From: Octopus sinensis
Taxonomy: Eukaryota
NCBI RefSeq assembly: GCF_006345805.1
Contig: NC_042997.1
Location: forward strand, 41,354,001 to 41,418,000
DNA: 64,000 nucleotides
Direction: 5' to 3'
The notes beneath the pieces were generated by a model. The model was not told the DNA's origin. It was given only the letters and a program-made list of their open reading frames with translations, and did not search any database. The position numbers and the translations under genes were made by a program. Positions 29,001-43,546 of this stretch are shown here, in pieces. Position 1 is the stretch's first letter, and each line of letters opens with the position of its first letter.

Positions 29001-32000
29001 TCGGTTCTTGAAATAATGAAGTTAACCTGAAAAAGATTATCACCTTATCCCTGTGGGGAATGATATCAACTGCTCTTTAATTATTGCTATATATTACTAT
29101 CTAGTACATGTTTACAATATGACTATTTCAGACCACTGCTACCATCCTGAGACTCTGCGTAGTGAATGATGTCAAGTGTTGTTAAAATTATTTCTTCTTT
29201 TTTTGTATTCAAGTTTAAATTCTCTCTAATTCATCATCATCATCATTCGAAATCCAATGTCCATGCTGGCATGGATTAAATAGTTTGACCAGGGATGGTA
29301 AGCTGAGGGGCTGCACCAGAATCCAGTCTCATTTGGCATGGTTTCTACAGCTGGATGTCCTTCCTAACGCCAACCACTCCAAGAATTTGCATGACTCTGG
29401 TATCTACCACAACTGCAATTTTTCTCGGCTTGATGGGTCTTCTTTTCAATTATGACATAATGCCAAAGATCTCAGTCATTGCCTCCGTGAGGCCCAACAC
29501 TTGAAAGGAGCTTTTCATATGCCTCAGGCCCCAGCCATTTTGTGTCCATAAGGCCCAATGTTTCAAAGGCGTTTTTTACATGTCACCAGCACGGGTGCCA
29601 GTTACAACTATGATTTTACTTGGCTTGAAGGGTCTTCTCAAGCAAAGCATATCGTCAAAGGTCTCAGTCACTAGTCATTGCCTCTGTCATTGCCTACATC
29701 TGAAGATCATGCTTCACCACCTTGTCCCATGTCTTCCTGAGTCTACCTCTTCCACAGGTTCCATCCACAGTTAGAGATCGGCACCTCTTTACACAGCTGT
29801 CTTTGTCCACATGCATCACATGACCATACCTGAGCAGGCATATATATGTCATCAACATCATTATCATCATTGCCGTTTGATGTCCACTTTCGGTGCTGGC
29901 ATGGGTTAGATGGTTTGACTGACAACTGGCAAGCTGGGAGGCTGCACCAGGCACCAATCTGATTTGGTAAGGATTTTACAGCTGGATGCCCTTCCTAATG
30001 CCACCCACTGAGAATGTAGTACATGCTTTTTATGTGCCAGTCAGGTGGCACTGGTATGGGCCACATTTGGTTCATGCTTTTTACATGCCACTGGTACAGG
30101 TGGCACTGGTATCGGCCACGCAAAAGCTGATACAAGAATCTTCATTCATCACAATAATCATTTTGACCTATCTAGCATCAATCCCTCATGGGTGGGATAC
30201 TGTACAACTGGTTTAGGTATATCCCTTGGTATAGATGTGTCTAAGGTGTCTGCAAGAGGTATCTCATTACAATAAACTCTGGTTCCATCCTTCTCTAGCA
30301 ACCAGCACTTCTTTATACAGCTACCCTCATCCATACATTTCCCATGTGCATACAACTGCTGCGTTCTCTCTTGCATGTCATATCTGATGCCTCTTTTGCC
30401 AGTCTCTCTCAACATATACTTTGTTCACACATGCACACTGACATTGCACATAAAATGGAGTATATTGGCCTTCATTTCCCTCTAGTTTTCACATGTCCTC
30501 TGATTCAGGGCTATTGTTTCACTTTCATGTAGCATTACTGTTCACACACAAGCATTATACAATCTACCTTTGGTTCTGAGAAGAAGAGGACTTTTGTTAC
30601 CAACAGAAGTAGAAGGTCTCTGAACATTCTCATGCTGGTTTTTTTTCTAGCAACTATACTTTCAGTACATCCACCTCCACTGCTAATTAATCTACCTAAA
30701 GAGCAGAAGCAATCTGCTACCTCTAGGTACACTGTATGGAATTTCTACATACACCTTTTCTATATATTGAAGCGACTACAGTCCTGTCTGTTTGCCTACT
30801 TTGGTCTTTGCTAAGTTGACTCAGAGGCCCTTTCACATTATGCAACAAACACAATAACAATTCAACATAAACAAGGAATAATATATAAACATATATGAAA
30901 CACAATAATTTAAGCAAAATATAATTTAATTCAAAGACCTGGAAAGCATTTAAGGAAAGCAACCCATGTAGAGGGAGAAATCAACTTAGCTAAGTCGAAC
31001 CAGAAAGTTGAACCAGAATATCCCATCAATATTGACTTTCTGCCACTCATTCAAACTGCTATATTCAAAGGTGCTGGACAAAAAGATAAGGTGGTGTGCT
31101 GGCAAAATGCGTAGCCGTATTTCGTCTGCCGTTACATTCTGAGTTCAAATTCAGCCGAGGTCGACTTTGCCTGTCATCCTTTCGGGGCTGATAAATTAAG
31201 TACCAGTTACACACTGGGGTTGATGTAATCGACTTAAACCATTTGTCTGTCCTTGTTTGTCCTCTCTGTGTTTAGCCCCTTGTGGGTAGTAAAGAAACAT
31301 ATATTCAAAGGTGCAACTGGACAAATTTACTATTATCCCAAGGATGAAATATTCCACATCCTCTACAAAATTGCACATTAGTGGTTCATGGATAGCTCAT
31401 GTGATTCTTTTGCTAGTGTTCTCTTGTATGGGTGTTGCACAAAATCAGAGCAGAGTCCATCTCCTCTTCATTCAACTTGCGGATGCTTAATTTTGTCTTC
31501 TTTTGGTGCACATGATGGTTCCATCAGTTCTTCTTTTGTTTCACAAAGAACTGTGAACTTCAATTGAGTGAATCTGGGGTGTGAGGGTGGTGGTGGTGGT
31601 TGTGGTGGATTCTCCTTATATGTTTCTCTTGTCTGTACTGTGTCTCCTTGTCACATCTCTTCTGGAAACTTGGTGCATCCAAAGGCACCCACAAGTATTT
31701 CTAAGGTTGTATGTGACATGTCGTACCCCACATCATTTGGGTAATTAGTTTTAAGTTGTCGCAGTTAATTATTGTAGTCTTTACGGTTAAGCGTGACATG
31801 AGGCTCTGCCCTGCTGCACTAGAATTACTGCTTTGGGTTCTGAACTCATCGTGGGTCACAGCCCTAGAGTGGACTTGGGGTTTTCATTGATGGTTAAGAT
31901 ATATAAATCTATAATGGCCCTTCCTGAGTAAGGTTACCTTTGTGCTGTCCACTTACCCTATAAAGGTGACAACCGACGAGGGACCAATGTCACTGCTGAT

Positions 32001-35000
32001 GGTGTCATTGCTGTCACTTTTGTGTCCCACTTGACAATGCAGTGCATTATGTATAGACCCAGGTGTAGGACTTGTGTGAAGAACAAGTTGAACAAAACAG
32101 GGTGAGCACACAGCCATGTTTTAGGCCATTGAAGATGTCAAAAGAGTTGGTGCAGTGAGTATTGCAAAAAACATATCCGGTTATGTTGTCGTGAAAGAGT
32201 CTTGTCAGTGGTCCTATCACCTCGCACCTGTCATCAAGGCTGGACTGGAACTACTGCTGGTACTTGGCTGATAGGAGTCTGGCCATGCTGAAGGCTGGTC
32301 TAATGAGCTCTCAGCCATTGTGGTGTTCGGGAACTACACAGATGTTGAGCTTGGCTCTTATTAGTTTGTGGTCAGTCGAGCACTCTGTCCCATGCATTCT
32401 CCTGGTGATGAGGATGTCACTGCTATCACGCTGTTTTGAATGCAGATGTGTCCGTGATGTTTTATACTTATCAGCCAGCAGGAAGATGATGTTGGTAATC
32501 AGCAGGTTGTGCTCGGCGAATTTGCTCGGCAACTGAAGACCATTGCTATTCATTTACACAACTCCATACTTCCATCTAACCCTTCTCCACCACTCTTTAT
32601 CCTTGCCAACAACAGCATTGAAGTACCCTAGTATTATAAGCTTGTCAGTAGCAGGCATGTGATGTAGCACAGTGTCCCAGTCAGCACAGAACTGCTCTTT
32701 GATCTCTTCTGAGCATGAGATTGTAGGGTCATACCCACTCATGACAGGCACGAAGTGTTTGTGGCTGATAGGGAAGTAGAGTTTCATAGGCTTTTCATTT
32801 ACACCTGTATGAAGGTTGGGAGACTGTTTCAGGAGACAGGACTTAATGGTTTCTCCAAATACATATATTCTCTTCTCATGTACAGTCTTTCCTTTCCAGA
32901 AGAAAGTGTAGCTGCTGCCTGATTCTGTCAGGGACCATTCCTCAGTCTAGATTGCTGCTAGGTCGATATTGTATCACCACAATTCTTTGGCTAAGAATGA
33001 TCCTTGTAGCAATGGTTAGGTCTTTCTTTCTCCGTTTGAATTGACTGCAAATGGCTAAGTCTGTCAGCTGCGAGTAGTTGACCAGATCTGTTCAGGGAAA
33101 GCTTTCTTTAAGGCACTTTTTCTAGACCCTTATCTTACTAGGGTGTGCAGTGTGGTCCTAATAACGCTGCTCAGTCACTTAGGTTGCTGTTAAATTTTCT
33201 GATGTGTAATGCAATGACAGCGACCACTGGTCTGCTGGTCTCCTATGTGCAGGCTTGTGACTAGAACTCCGAGCACTTATCTCCACCTGCAGTCTTCATC
33301 AATGGTCTACCTCACCACAGGGTATGAGATTGACTGTTGGAAGGTTGAGAAGCACAGACACCTGTGCATGAAATTGTTGTAAGTTTGGAAGCCATTACAC
33401 AAAGATAATTGCACTCTCTCATCAAGAAAAAAATACTTGAGTCAGTGGCATGGAACATCGCTATGGTTGGAGACCGTTTCTGCAGCAGGGGATGACCAGA
33501 GGCCCATAGTGATTCATCATGCAGCATGCACCCTACAAAACCTGCTGGTACTGTCAGTCCTATGGAATGTGATTAACCACCTCCCACAAGAGTTACTAAC
33601 CCTCCCTGATATAAAGAAATTACACATATGTAAATACAAAAATATACAAATACAAAAATATAACAATATAATAGAATATGAAATAAGAATACAAAAATAT
33701 CAAAAAGAAAAATGCTAAAACTATCAAAATATAAAAGGGGTGCATAAAAATATAAATATAAATGTATAAATATAGAAATATGAAAAAGAAGTTTTGAAAA
33801 TACGCAATTCAGATATACTTTCATGCACGTGCACACACACACAAACCAGACATACATATATACACATTATTGAATGGCCATTGTCTACTCATGAGATCCT
33901 TCACCTTTTCGCAGGTTGAATTTCCCATCCTACAGGGTATCCAACAAATACCCAGCAAGCTCAGTGTAGTGGCCAGTTTAGTCACTGACCATCCGACCAT
34001 GTGATACGTTGTACTGCGTTACATGTTACCAGTAGCAATTAAGTGTGACATGACATAATTTGAATATACATTTAAGATAAATAAAAAGAAAGTATTTACC
34101 TGATGATGCAGCTGAACTACCTGTTGTGTTTCCTTGGAAATATTCATCAAATTTCTGTTAGAAGTAAACAAATAATTTATCATCACTCAATCAAAAACAT
34201 AATTTCATAATTAATTTCTGTTAATTTCAATGCAATGCTTTTATTCATTGCTTCTATCATGAATGTTGTTTTAAATTTACATTTCTATTCACTGTATTAT
34301 AAAATAAACTCCTACGATGGACAGGGTTTGGAATATTCTGTCGTTCGGTGAGGAATTGTTACTTAAAGAATAAGAAAACATTATTCATGGAATTGTAATT
34401 GCTTTCGAGACTCCATGTTATGTCCAAGCTTCAGCTTAAGTCTTCATTATTTTCAAAACTGATTAAAACCAAAAGAAGAACATTTCTGTTGAAACAGACT
34501 GGCTTTGAGTAAATTCCAGTGAATTACTGGTATGTCAACAGTGCTTTACTTCAATGCTATATATACTGTCCTACAGAGTATATCTGCAGATGTGTACCCA
34601 ACACTGGAGAAAGAAGAAAAGGAACTGGTCCAGCCAAACAATTTTTTCTGTCCCCAACACATATTGTATACAGAAAGTGTATGTATGACCCTCAGTTTAT
34701 ACACACCCGTCTTACTATACATACAGAATATAGTTGTATACAAACAACGTACTTACATTAGTCTATATGTACAAATATAGTCTATAGATGTTTACATTAG
34801 TCTGTATATACAGATGCTGTATATCAACACTAGACATTTCAAATAACAACTCTGACTATTACACACTTCTATGCACAATGAAAAGATATGAGAGATAAAC
34901 TATTATGATTTGTTTCTTTGCTTTAATTTTTGCATTATTCTATTCATCTCCTGCTTGTGTTTGTATCATGTTGAAACAAACCCATCTTTAATTTAATTTA

Positions 35001-38000
35001 ATTTAATCCACCATCATCAAAGTTTCTCTCCTAATGCCTCATTTCCTCATTTAATTATTAACGTCAATGTAAATATATATCTCTGTTATTGTAAATATAT
35101 CTCACCTCTCCTCTATCTCCATTACTTCATCAGCTGTGGAAATGTGCAAATCCCATCATTTCATCTTTTCCTTACTCATGATGTGCCCATCCGCTCATGC
35201 TCTCATTACCTACATTTCTTCTGTACTGGAACCCCTCCCAACAATCCTTCTTCTGCCCTCCCCACTTCCTTCCCTTCATAGTTGCCTCTCATCCATATCA
35301 CTGCAACACTAATGTCGTACTTTCTATACTTTGCACCAAAATGCAGAACCTATCAGTCCGTTAATTGATTAACTAATTAGTTATTTTCATATGTTCATTA
35401 TTGTATTAACAATGCTTTTATAGCCCTCACTTGAGGCAGATGCAGCAAGTATAAGATAAATGAATAATGGCAGATAAAATGCATAGACAATTGATATGGC
35501 ATGCCTGGTGGAAAACATTTGCTGAATCCTTCCTCCCAGATGCTGAATGTCATTCTCTTTCTCCCTCTTACCCCCTGCCCCAACCTCCTGAAGTTCCCTA
35601 CAATTGGCTTTGTCAATGTAGACACATTGAAAGCTAGGTCTGTTGAGATGTTCTAACAGAGGTGTTTCGATGTGTGCTGCCTTCAAGAAGTAAGGTGGAG
35701 AGGAGCTTCGTCCATATACCTCACAGGCAAAATACATATCTATAAAATTCTCTGGGAAAGCATCAGCGATGGGGTAGGTGGAGTAGTCATACTTCTAGCT
35801 GAGAAATGGGTGGATAATGTAGCTGAGATAGTCAGAGTGTGTGTTTGGGTACTTGAGCTCGGAGTAGAGTTGTATGGCAACAGTTATTTCTGCCTATGCC
35901 ATTCAAATTGGTCTGCCAAATGAACAGAAGGATTGCTTTTATGATATTCTTTGGCAGATCATCAACAACTTTGAATGATCGGATATTTAGAGATGTCCTA
36001 ATTGAAACTTTTAACATGAACCAGGAAGAGATAGAGACATGTAAAATAGAGGACAGCTAGAAGTTCTTACGAGACAACTGGAAATGAAGGATCCAACACT
36101 TAACAATTGTAAGGAAGTTCAGGAGAGTGGAGTAGGGTGTAAGATGGAGAAGGAGAATGACATGCAGCATCTGGGAGGAAGGATTTGGCAAGCATTTCCC
36201 ATCAGGCATGCCATATCAGTTGTCTATGCATTTTCAGTGAAGCATTTAATGAAAAGAAGGGGAGTTACAGACGTGTAACACAGAAGATACAGGGAAGTTC
36301 CCATGAATCAATTTACTGAGATCTGCAGACCAAGTTTTGTGGGTGGTGTCAAATCTGAATTAGACCTATGGTAGCATGGTGTTGGAACAGTGTAGTAGAC
36401 AGGGCCATTAGAGTGAAGAAAGAGGCCTGGAAGTGTGATGGTAATATAGAGAAACATATGAGCAGGGAAACAAGGAGACAGGTATACTCAGCAGGAAGTA
36501 GAGAGTTTGTCAGTTCTTTCTATTGCGTGAGGGCTTGAGGTGTTTTGTATGTGAGGAAAAACCGTGATGTTGTAGGAGAGAATTATATTTGGAACAAGGG
36601 CAGTAAATGATCAGTTCTATTTCTTTTCTTTATTGTGGAATATTGGTTTTGGTAAATTCCAAGAATATCAACATCAAACAACAAATAAATCAACCAACCT
36701 TTACTATTTCTGTGTCTTGAGGATAAACCATGAAGTAAACATCTTTGATCTGGCTTGAATTTTGGTTTGAGTAGTTTTTCACTGCTTCAGACATTGTTCT
36801 GGGTAGATTTTCAATGGGGTACTTCAATGTTCCAGCTCCTAATATAGGAAATGCAAGGCTTTTTGCTCCCATTCTCTCAGCAGTTTCCAGACAAGTCGTT
36901 ATTATTTGAGTCATGTTTGCCAAAATCTAAAAAAAATAATTGTTTAGTAATTGATAATGAACATTTTATGGAACTATTTCCAAATTCTTCTTACAGGGAG
37001 AAATCATTAAGTTGTAATAAATATATTCTTTGATTAAGAAATTTCCCACATATTCCGATATGAGCCTCGAAAGGAGAGTAAAAGGACTCGGGGGCAGTTT
37101 CTGAAGGACCCGTACGGTTTTACTAAGAAGCTGTTCACTGAACCGAAGAGTGGTAATTTATCGTGCACTAAAGAAGAATTGGATGCTCATATTAAGGAAA
37201 CCTACAGTGATCCGCACCGTAACCAGCCGCTGCCACCTCTACATGGGCTAAATCATCTCTCAGGACCTGATATTGAATTCCAGATTGGGGACATCAGGGA
37301 CAGAGAGGTGAATGACTTCGTAAGAAAGACTAGAGCAAAGAGTGCCCCAGGAGGTGATGGCTTCTCATATAAAGTCTCACAAGTACTGCAATCTTCTGAG
37401 AAAGAAGCTCTTTGTCCTACTCCGACAACTGTGGCGCGAGGAGACTATAGTAGAGGATTGGTGTAAGGCAGAAGGTATATACCTGCTGAAAGAGGCCAAT
37501 GCAAAGACCATAAAACAGTTTAGGCCGATATCCTTATTGAATGTGGAAGGCAAGATCTTTATGGGAATTCTGTCGAGGAGAACAGTGACATATTTACAGA
37601 GTAATGGATATGTTGATGAATCTGTTCAAAAGGCCGGGATCCCTGGATGTGTTGAACACTGTTTTTCGATTTGGAAAGCGATCCAGGACGCCAAACAAAA
37701 CAAGAAAAGTCTGAACGTGGTATGGTTCAGTGCCACATGAATTACTAATAACAGCCATGGACCACTTCCACATTCCTAACAAAGTGATCAAAATAATGAG
37801 GATGTACTATGACAGTTTCGAAATGAGGTTTACAACTGGAAATTTTACAACAGATTGGCACCGATTGGAGGTTGGCATTGCTGCTGGCTGTACAATATCT
37901 GTCACGTGGTTTATCTTAGTCATGGAGTTGATTTTGAAAGGTGTAGATTTTTCGTAACAAATCGCCCATGTACAATCGCCTAAGAAAGCCTTCATGGATG

Positions 38001-41000
38001 ACGTGACACTTTAGCTACAGATAAACAAATCATGCAGAATGCCCTCTTGAGATTAGACGAACTTGTAAGGTGGTCAACGATGCGATTTAGAGCAAAAAAG
38101 TCACGTAGTCTGACATATGTTAAGGGAGAGGAGAAAGAATTTAAGTATCGAATATCTGAAGGAAGCATTCCAACAGTCAAGGAAGAGCCCGTCAAGAGCT
38201 TGGGACGAGTATACGCTGGAACATTGTCAGACAGAAGTCGTGGGATTGAAATTATGAAACAGGCCGAGGCTGGGTTATCAGCGATTGATAATTCGAAGTT
38301 ACCAGGTAAATATAAAATTTGGTGCTTGCAGTTCGGCTTGTACCCGCAACTTGCATGGCCACTTTTAATATACGAGGTAGCATTGTCACGAGTTGAAATC
38401 ATTGAACAAAAATGTAATGTGTTCATTAGAAAGTGGCTAGGCCTACCTTGTATGTTGAACAGTTCAGCTCTTTATCTTAAAAGAGGTTCGTTGCAGCTAC
38501 CAATAGCATCAATAGTTGAAATATATAAGCTGGGGAAGATACGGACGGTCATAATGCTGAGAGGATTGAAGGATATGGAAATCAGGCGTAACCCACCAGA
38601 GGTGAAAACAGCCAGGAAGTGGAAAGCAGAGGCAGAAACTGACAACATCTTTTCTTCTCTTATACCCAGAGATATGGTGGAAGCAACGCAGAACCATCGG
38701 AAAGGATTTGGTTTTGGCGCAGATCAGTTCAGACTGTTTGCAAGCATGATGCGGAGTGAACGCAGATCTGTTGTTAGCAACAGCGTCAAAACAAGAGAAG
38801 CAGAGAGAAGAGAGCTTCATTTGATCCGATGTTTTCATCAAGGTCAAATGACGAGATGGGAAGAACATGTTGTTGAGAGGAAGGTAAGTTGGGATGAGAT
38901 GTGGAAGTGGACAACATCTCAGCTGAGTTTTCTGTTTCATTCATCTTATGATGTTTTGCCATCAACTACGAATCTAGTAAGATGGAACGTCTCAGAGAAT
39001 GACATCTGCAAATGTGGAAAGGTCGGTACACTAAAACATATTCTTTCCAACTGTTCATTAGCATTGAACAGGTATACATGGAGGCACAACTTGGTCCTTA
39101 AGGTTATCTTAAATGCTATAAAGAACCAAATTCATCTCAACAACACTGAGAAAAAACCGTTGAAAGTACCATCTAGAGATTTCATTACCTAAGTGCGACC
39201 AGGTCAGTGGATCTGTTTCAAGAAGATCATGAAACTTCCTGAGAGAAATGGAAAGTGGAACGGCTAGTGGGAGGTAACTGCAGATTTACCTGGGTGCCAG
39301 TTTTTCTTTCCCATCCCAGTTACGAAAAAACCAGATATTTTGATGTGGTGTGAAAGAAAGTTGTAAATATAGTCGAGCTAACGGTTCCTCATGAAGATAA
39401 TATGGACGCCGCTCGGGCTCAAAAATTGAACCGTTATGTAAACATCCTCGAGGAATGTGAAGACGCAGGCTGGAAAGCAGAACATTTTCCAATGAAAGTC
39501 AGTTGTAGAGGGTTTGTTGGACACAGCGTGAGATGACTGTTATTATCGTTAGGCCTAACTCATCATAAAGTCAATGCCACCATGACTGATATCCAATCTA
39601 CAGTGGAGAAGGCTAGCCACTGGATTTGGTTTAAAAAGAGACGATGAGCGATGGCTAGAAGGATATTAAGTTTAACTTTATAACCAGCTGATCTAGCAAT
39701 CGGTGTGCATTGATGCCGTCGAGAGGTAGGCCCCGAAACAGCGTGCATTCTCTCCTGATGACCCCATACACTTGCTGGCTTCCGATATACGGAGCTTTTG
39801 ACTGGTAGCACTTGCATGTGCAAGTTGTTTGCAAGACATATTTAGTTGTTGCAAACTGAAATGGTCTATGATTTACAGATTAGAATAACATTTAAACAAC
39901 ATCAAGTGATTACTAGATTCATAGACGACGTGATCATTGGATTAACATAGATCATGTGACAGAAGGATCAACATAGATCATGTGATAGAAGGAAGCCTGT
40001 CTGAATGAACATATGGATGCCATGAATAGAAAGAGAAATGTTGTAAGATTAGGTGGATACACAGTGTAATTGAAGTAGGCTCTTGTAATTAATGGAAACA
40101 ACAACAGGTAATAAGAGAGATTAATGATTCTTTACAAGAGGGAAATCTGAGTGAGAACACATTGTAAAATGCAGCAATAGAGCCCACAAGGTAGGACAAC
40201 ACAGAGAACCGCCTGGGATGCAGTGTTTGGGATACAACATCCTCTACACTGCACACAAGAGACTGTATTTTAATGTAATAGTTTGTTCAAGGAATATCTA
40301 CAATACAATGTATATCAATCAATTTCGAACTGGATGTTAGCAAGCATTAGGAACAATTAGAATGGTTGGTGAGGACAAAACTGTCTCATGGAATATGCTC
40401 CTAACATTGGCTATTTGATTCGTAATCAGTTGCCTATCGTCCATCACCATGTGGAGGAAAAGGTCAGTTTTCCTCAATGGTGGCAGTTGCCTATCTTTCC
40501 AGTGGCCATTCCGAGAATTCATGATCTGGAAACTATAAGGAATGCTACAAGTCCAGACTGTCACACTGTAGCCCATACTGTACATCAGTGGACATCAACA
40601 TACATGCTACTGTCTTGAAGCAGACGGAAGTGTTGTATGACTGGAAAAACACATCTGTGGATTGTGCATAGTTTTATGGACAATTCCGTTCATGCCACAG
40701 GGATGCTGGATCAATGATAATCTAGGGTTGTACAACAACTCTTTCAATAAATCGATATAATATGATTGATACTTACTGAATCAGATGAAGTTTCATCCCA
40801 GGGAGGTAATACCAGATGAAATACATTCTTACAGTTGAGGTTATATCCTTTAGTAATGACTATTTCAAATGTAGAAATACCTTGAGGATATTTCTGGTTA
40901 CATTCAACTTGTATCTCTGGACCAGCAGCAAGGAGAATATATTTGGAGATAGCACCAATGTTAAGCTGGAGGTGTTTATTGGTGCTGTTAATGATGACAT

Positions 41001-43500
41001 CAACCTACAAAAGAATTTAATGGTAAACAACTAAGGAACATTCAGTGGAGAGAAGAGAGATACATTGTTGCAGTTGATATTGTTGTTAAGAAAGGCTCTA
41101 CAGAATGGTTGTAGTAAGTTTGAGGTTGTTAAAGTTAGCAAAAGATTTCTCAAGATATCAGATGTGAAGGAAATAAAATGTTTGAGTTAGATTGAGAAAA
41201 TGTTTTAATTAACTGTAATGATTCCTCATTTGGAAATGAAATAATAATTAAATAAATAAGTTACATGAATCTATTTACTCACAGATGCATTAGAAATTGA
41301 ATCAATCATTAGGTTTATTTTGATGCCAGGATTCTTTGTCAGGGCCACATTAGTTTTGGGTATCACAGAAGCTGCTTTCTGTTGTGGATGAAGAGGGGAT
41401 GGGTTTGATGATGAGGTTCCTGAAAAGAAACAAGTATTAATTAACATGTGTGTGTGTGTGTATATATATCATCATCATCATCATCATCGTTTAACGTCCG
41501 TTTTCCGCGCTAGCACGGGTTGGACGGTTCGACCAGGGTCTGGGAAGCCAGGGGCTGCACCAGGCTCCAGTCTGATCTGGTAGAGTTTCTACAGCTGGAT
41601 GCCCTTCCTAATGCCAATTACTCCGCGAGTGTAGTGGGTGCTTTTTACGTGCCACCTGCACAGGTGCCTGGGGGGGTCCGGCATCGGTCATAATCGGTTG
41701 GAGCTTTCAACGTGCCACCGGCACGGAAGCCAGCCAAGGTGGCGCTGGCAACGGCCATGTTCAGATAGTGCTTTTTATGTGCCACCGGTACAAGAGGCGG
41801 TGCTGGCATCGGCCACGTTTGGATGGTACTTTTTATGTGCCACCGGCACAGAAGCCAGTCGAGCCGGTGCTGGCTACGGCCACGTTCGGATGGTGCTTTT
41901 TATGTGTCACCGGCACAGGTATCACAACTACTATTTCCATTGATATTTATTTCGATGTTCATCTTCATGTACTTGACTCAACAGGTCTCCTCAAGCACAG
42001 TGGGACGTTCTGGGATCCAGGGTACTTTGAATGGGCAGGGGCTATGCGAAACTGGTGCATGAAGCAGCCCGGGTCTTTGCAGTCACAGCATATCTCCAGA
42101 GATCTCTGTCCTTCGCCATTGCCTCAGTGAGGCCCAACGCTCTGAGGTCATGCTTGACTACCTCATCTCATGTCTTCCTGGGTCTACCTCTCCCCCTGAT
42201 ACCGTCAACTGTTTTGGAGTGGCACTTCTTCACACATCTCTCCTCATCCATCCGCAGTACATGACCATACCATCGCAAGCGTCGCTCTTGCACACCACAT
42301 CTGATGCTTCTTATGTCCAGCATTTCTCTCAAGGTGCTTACACTCTGTCGTGCGTGCACACTGACATTACACAACCAGCGGATCATGCTAGCTTCATTTC
42401 TTTCAAGTCTACGCATGTCCTCTGCAGTCACAGCCCATGTTTCACTACCGTGAAGCATGGCAGTTCGCCCACATGCATCATACAATCTACCTTTGGGCCA
42501 TCCCTGTGACATTCTGTGTAGAGGCCCTTTGTCGCCAGTAGGGGTAGGAGCTTTCTGAACTTTGCCCAGGCTATTCGTATTCTAGTGGTGATACTCTCTG
42601 AGCATCCACCTCCACTACTAACTTAGTCACCCAGGTAGCGGAAACTGTCAACTACTTCTAGTTTCTTCCCCTGGAGTGAGATGGAATATGTTTTCTGTGT
42701 GTCTGTGGTGTCTATTGTCCCTGTGCATCTGCTGCATATGAAAGCTATCATATCAGTTAATTTCCCTTTAATGTTGCTGCACCTCTTATGCATCCATAGC
42801 TTACATTGGGTGCATCTTATGGAGTTTCTACCTACACCTTTCCTACAGATCGAGCAGGGTCACCTGCCCGAGGGTGTGTGTGCTGAGTTCGCCTTTCTGC
42901 TTACTATAACTTTGGTCTAATATATATATATACATGCTTATACATAAAATATTAGGAAAAATACACCTTTTATCGATTCAAATGAACAATTAAGTTACAC
43001 CATCTAGAAAATTGCATACCATAGAAAAGTTAAAATTAAAATGACAATTAAAAAGTAAAAATTAAGTAAATTACAAAAATAATATAATGTATATAACAGG
43101 TAATATATATACACACACACACCCACACACACACACACATATATATATAATATATATATATACACACACAATATTAAATGTTCTACTATATTAAATTGTA
43201 AATTGAAAGATTTGTCCTTCAATGTATGATGAGTAAAATTTCATAAAGTCCATATTTGAAAAAGAGAGACTCTCCTGTGTTGAGGTTATAAATGACAGAA
43301 TACAAACGGACAACTACTGAGTCTGTTGTCTGATCTTCAACTGATTAAGTCTAATATCTCACTGATTAAATAGATATTAAGTTTTATCATACAGGAGCAA
43401 TTGGTTCCACAAATCAAAGTGAAATGGTTTCATTCAAATGTTGGAATATCCTTTGTTCAATGTTGTATTTTCCAAAAATCAAAGCATGTGTCAAACTCTG

Positions 43501-43546
<46 letters not shown>

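Noticed and set aside
28890-29030. Strong-looking minus-strand acceptor (tttttcag) at ~29027 as an extra PARP exon
   Set aside because: Stops in all three frames; the acceptor at 28870 already gives a phase-consistent join.
34532-34780. Duplicated plus-strand ORF MSTVLYFNAIY... (also 45889-46134) as a nested gene
   Set aside because: No recognisable domain and the copies shift frame after ...QPNN; kept only as a conserved-patch finding.
40816-41034. Duplicated plus-strand ORF MKYILTVEVISFS (also 51818-52036)
   Set aside because: Antisense shadow of macrodomain exon B.
41640-41930. ~55-bp GC-rich tandem units (also 61320-61530, 62100-62330) as a novel array
   Set aside because: Part of the RTE 3' UTR, found at the same position in several copies.
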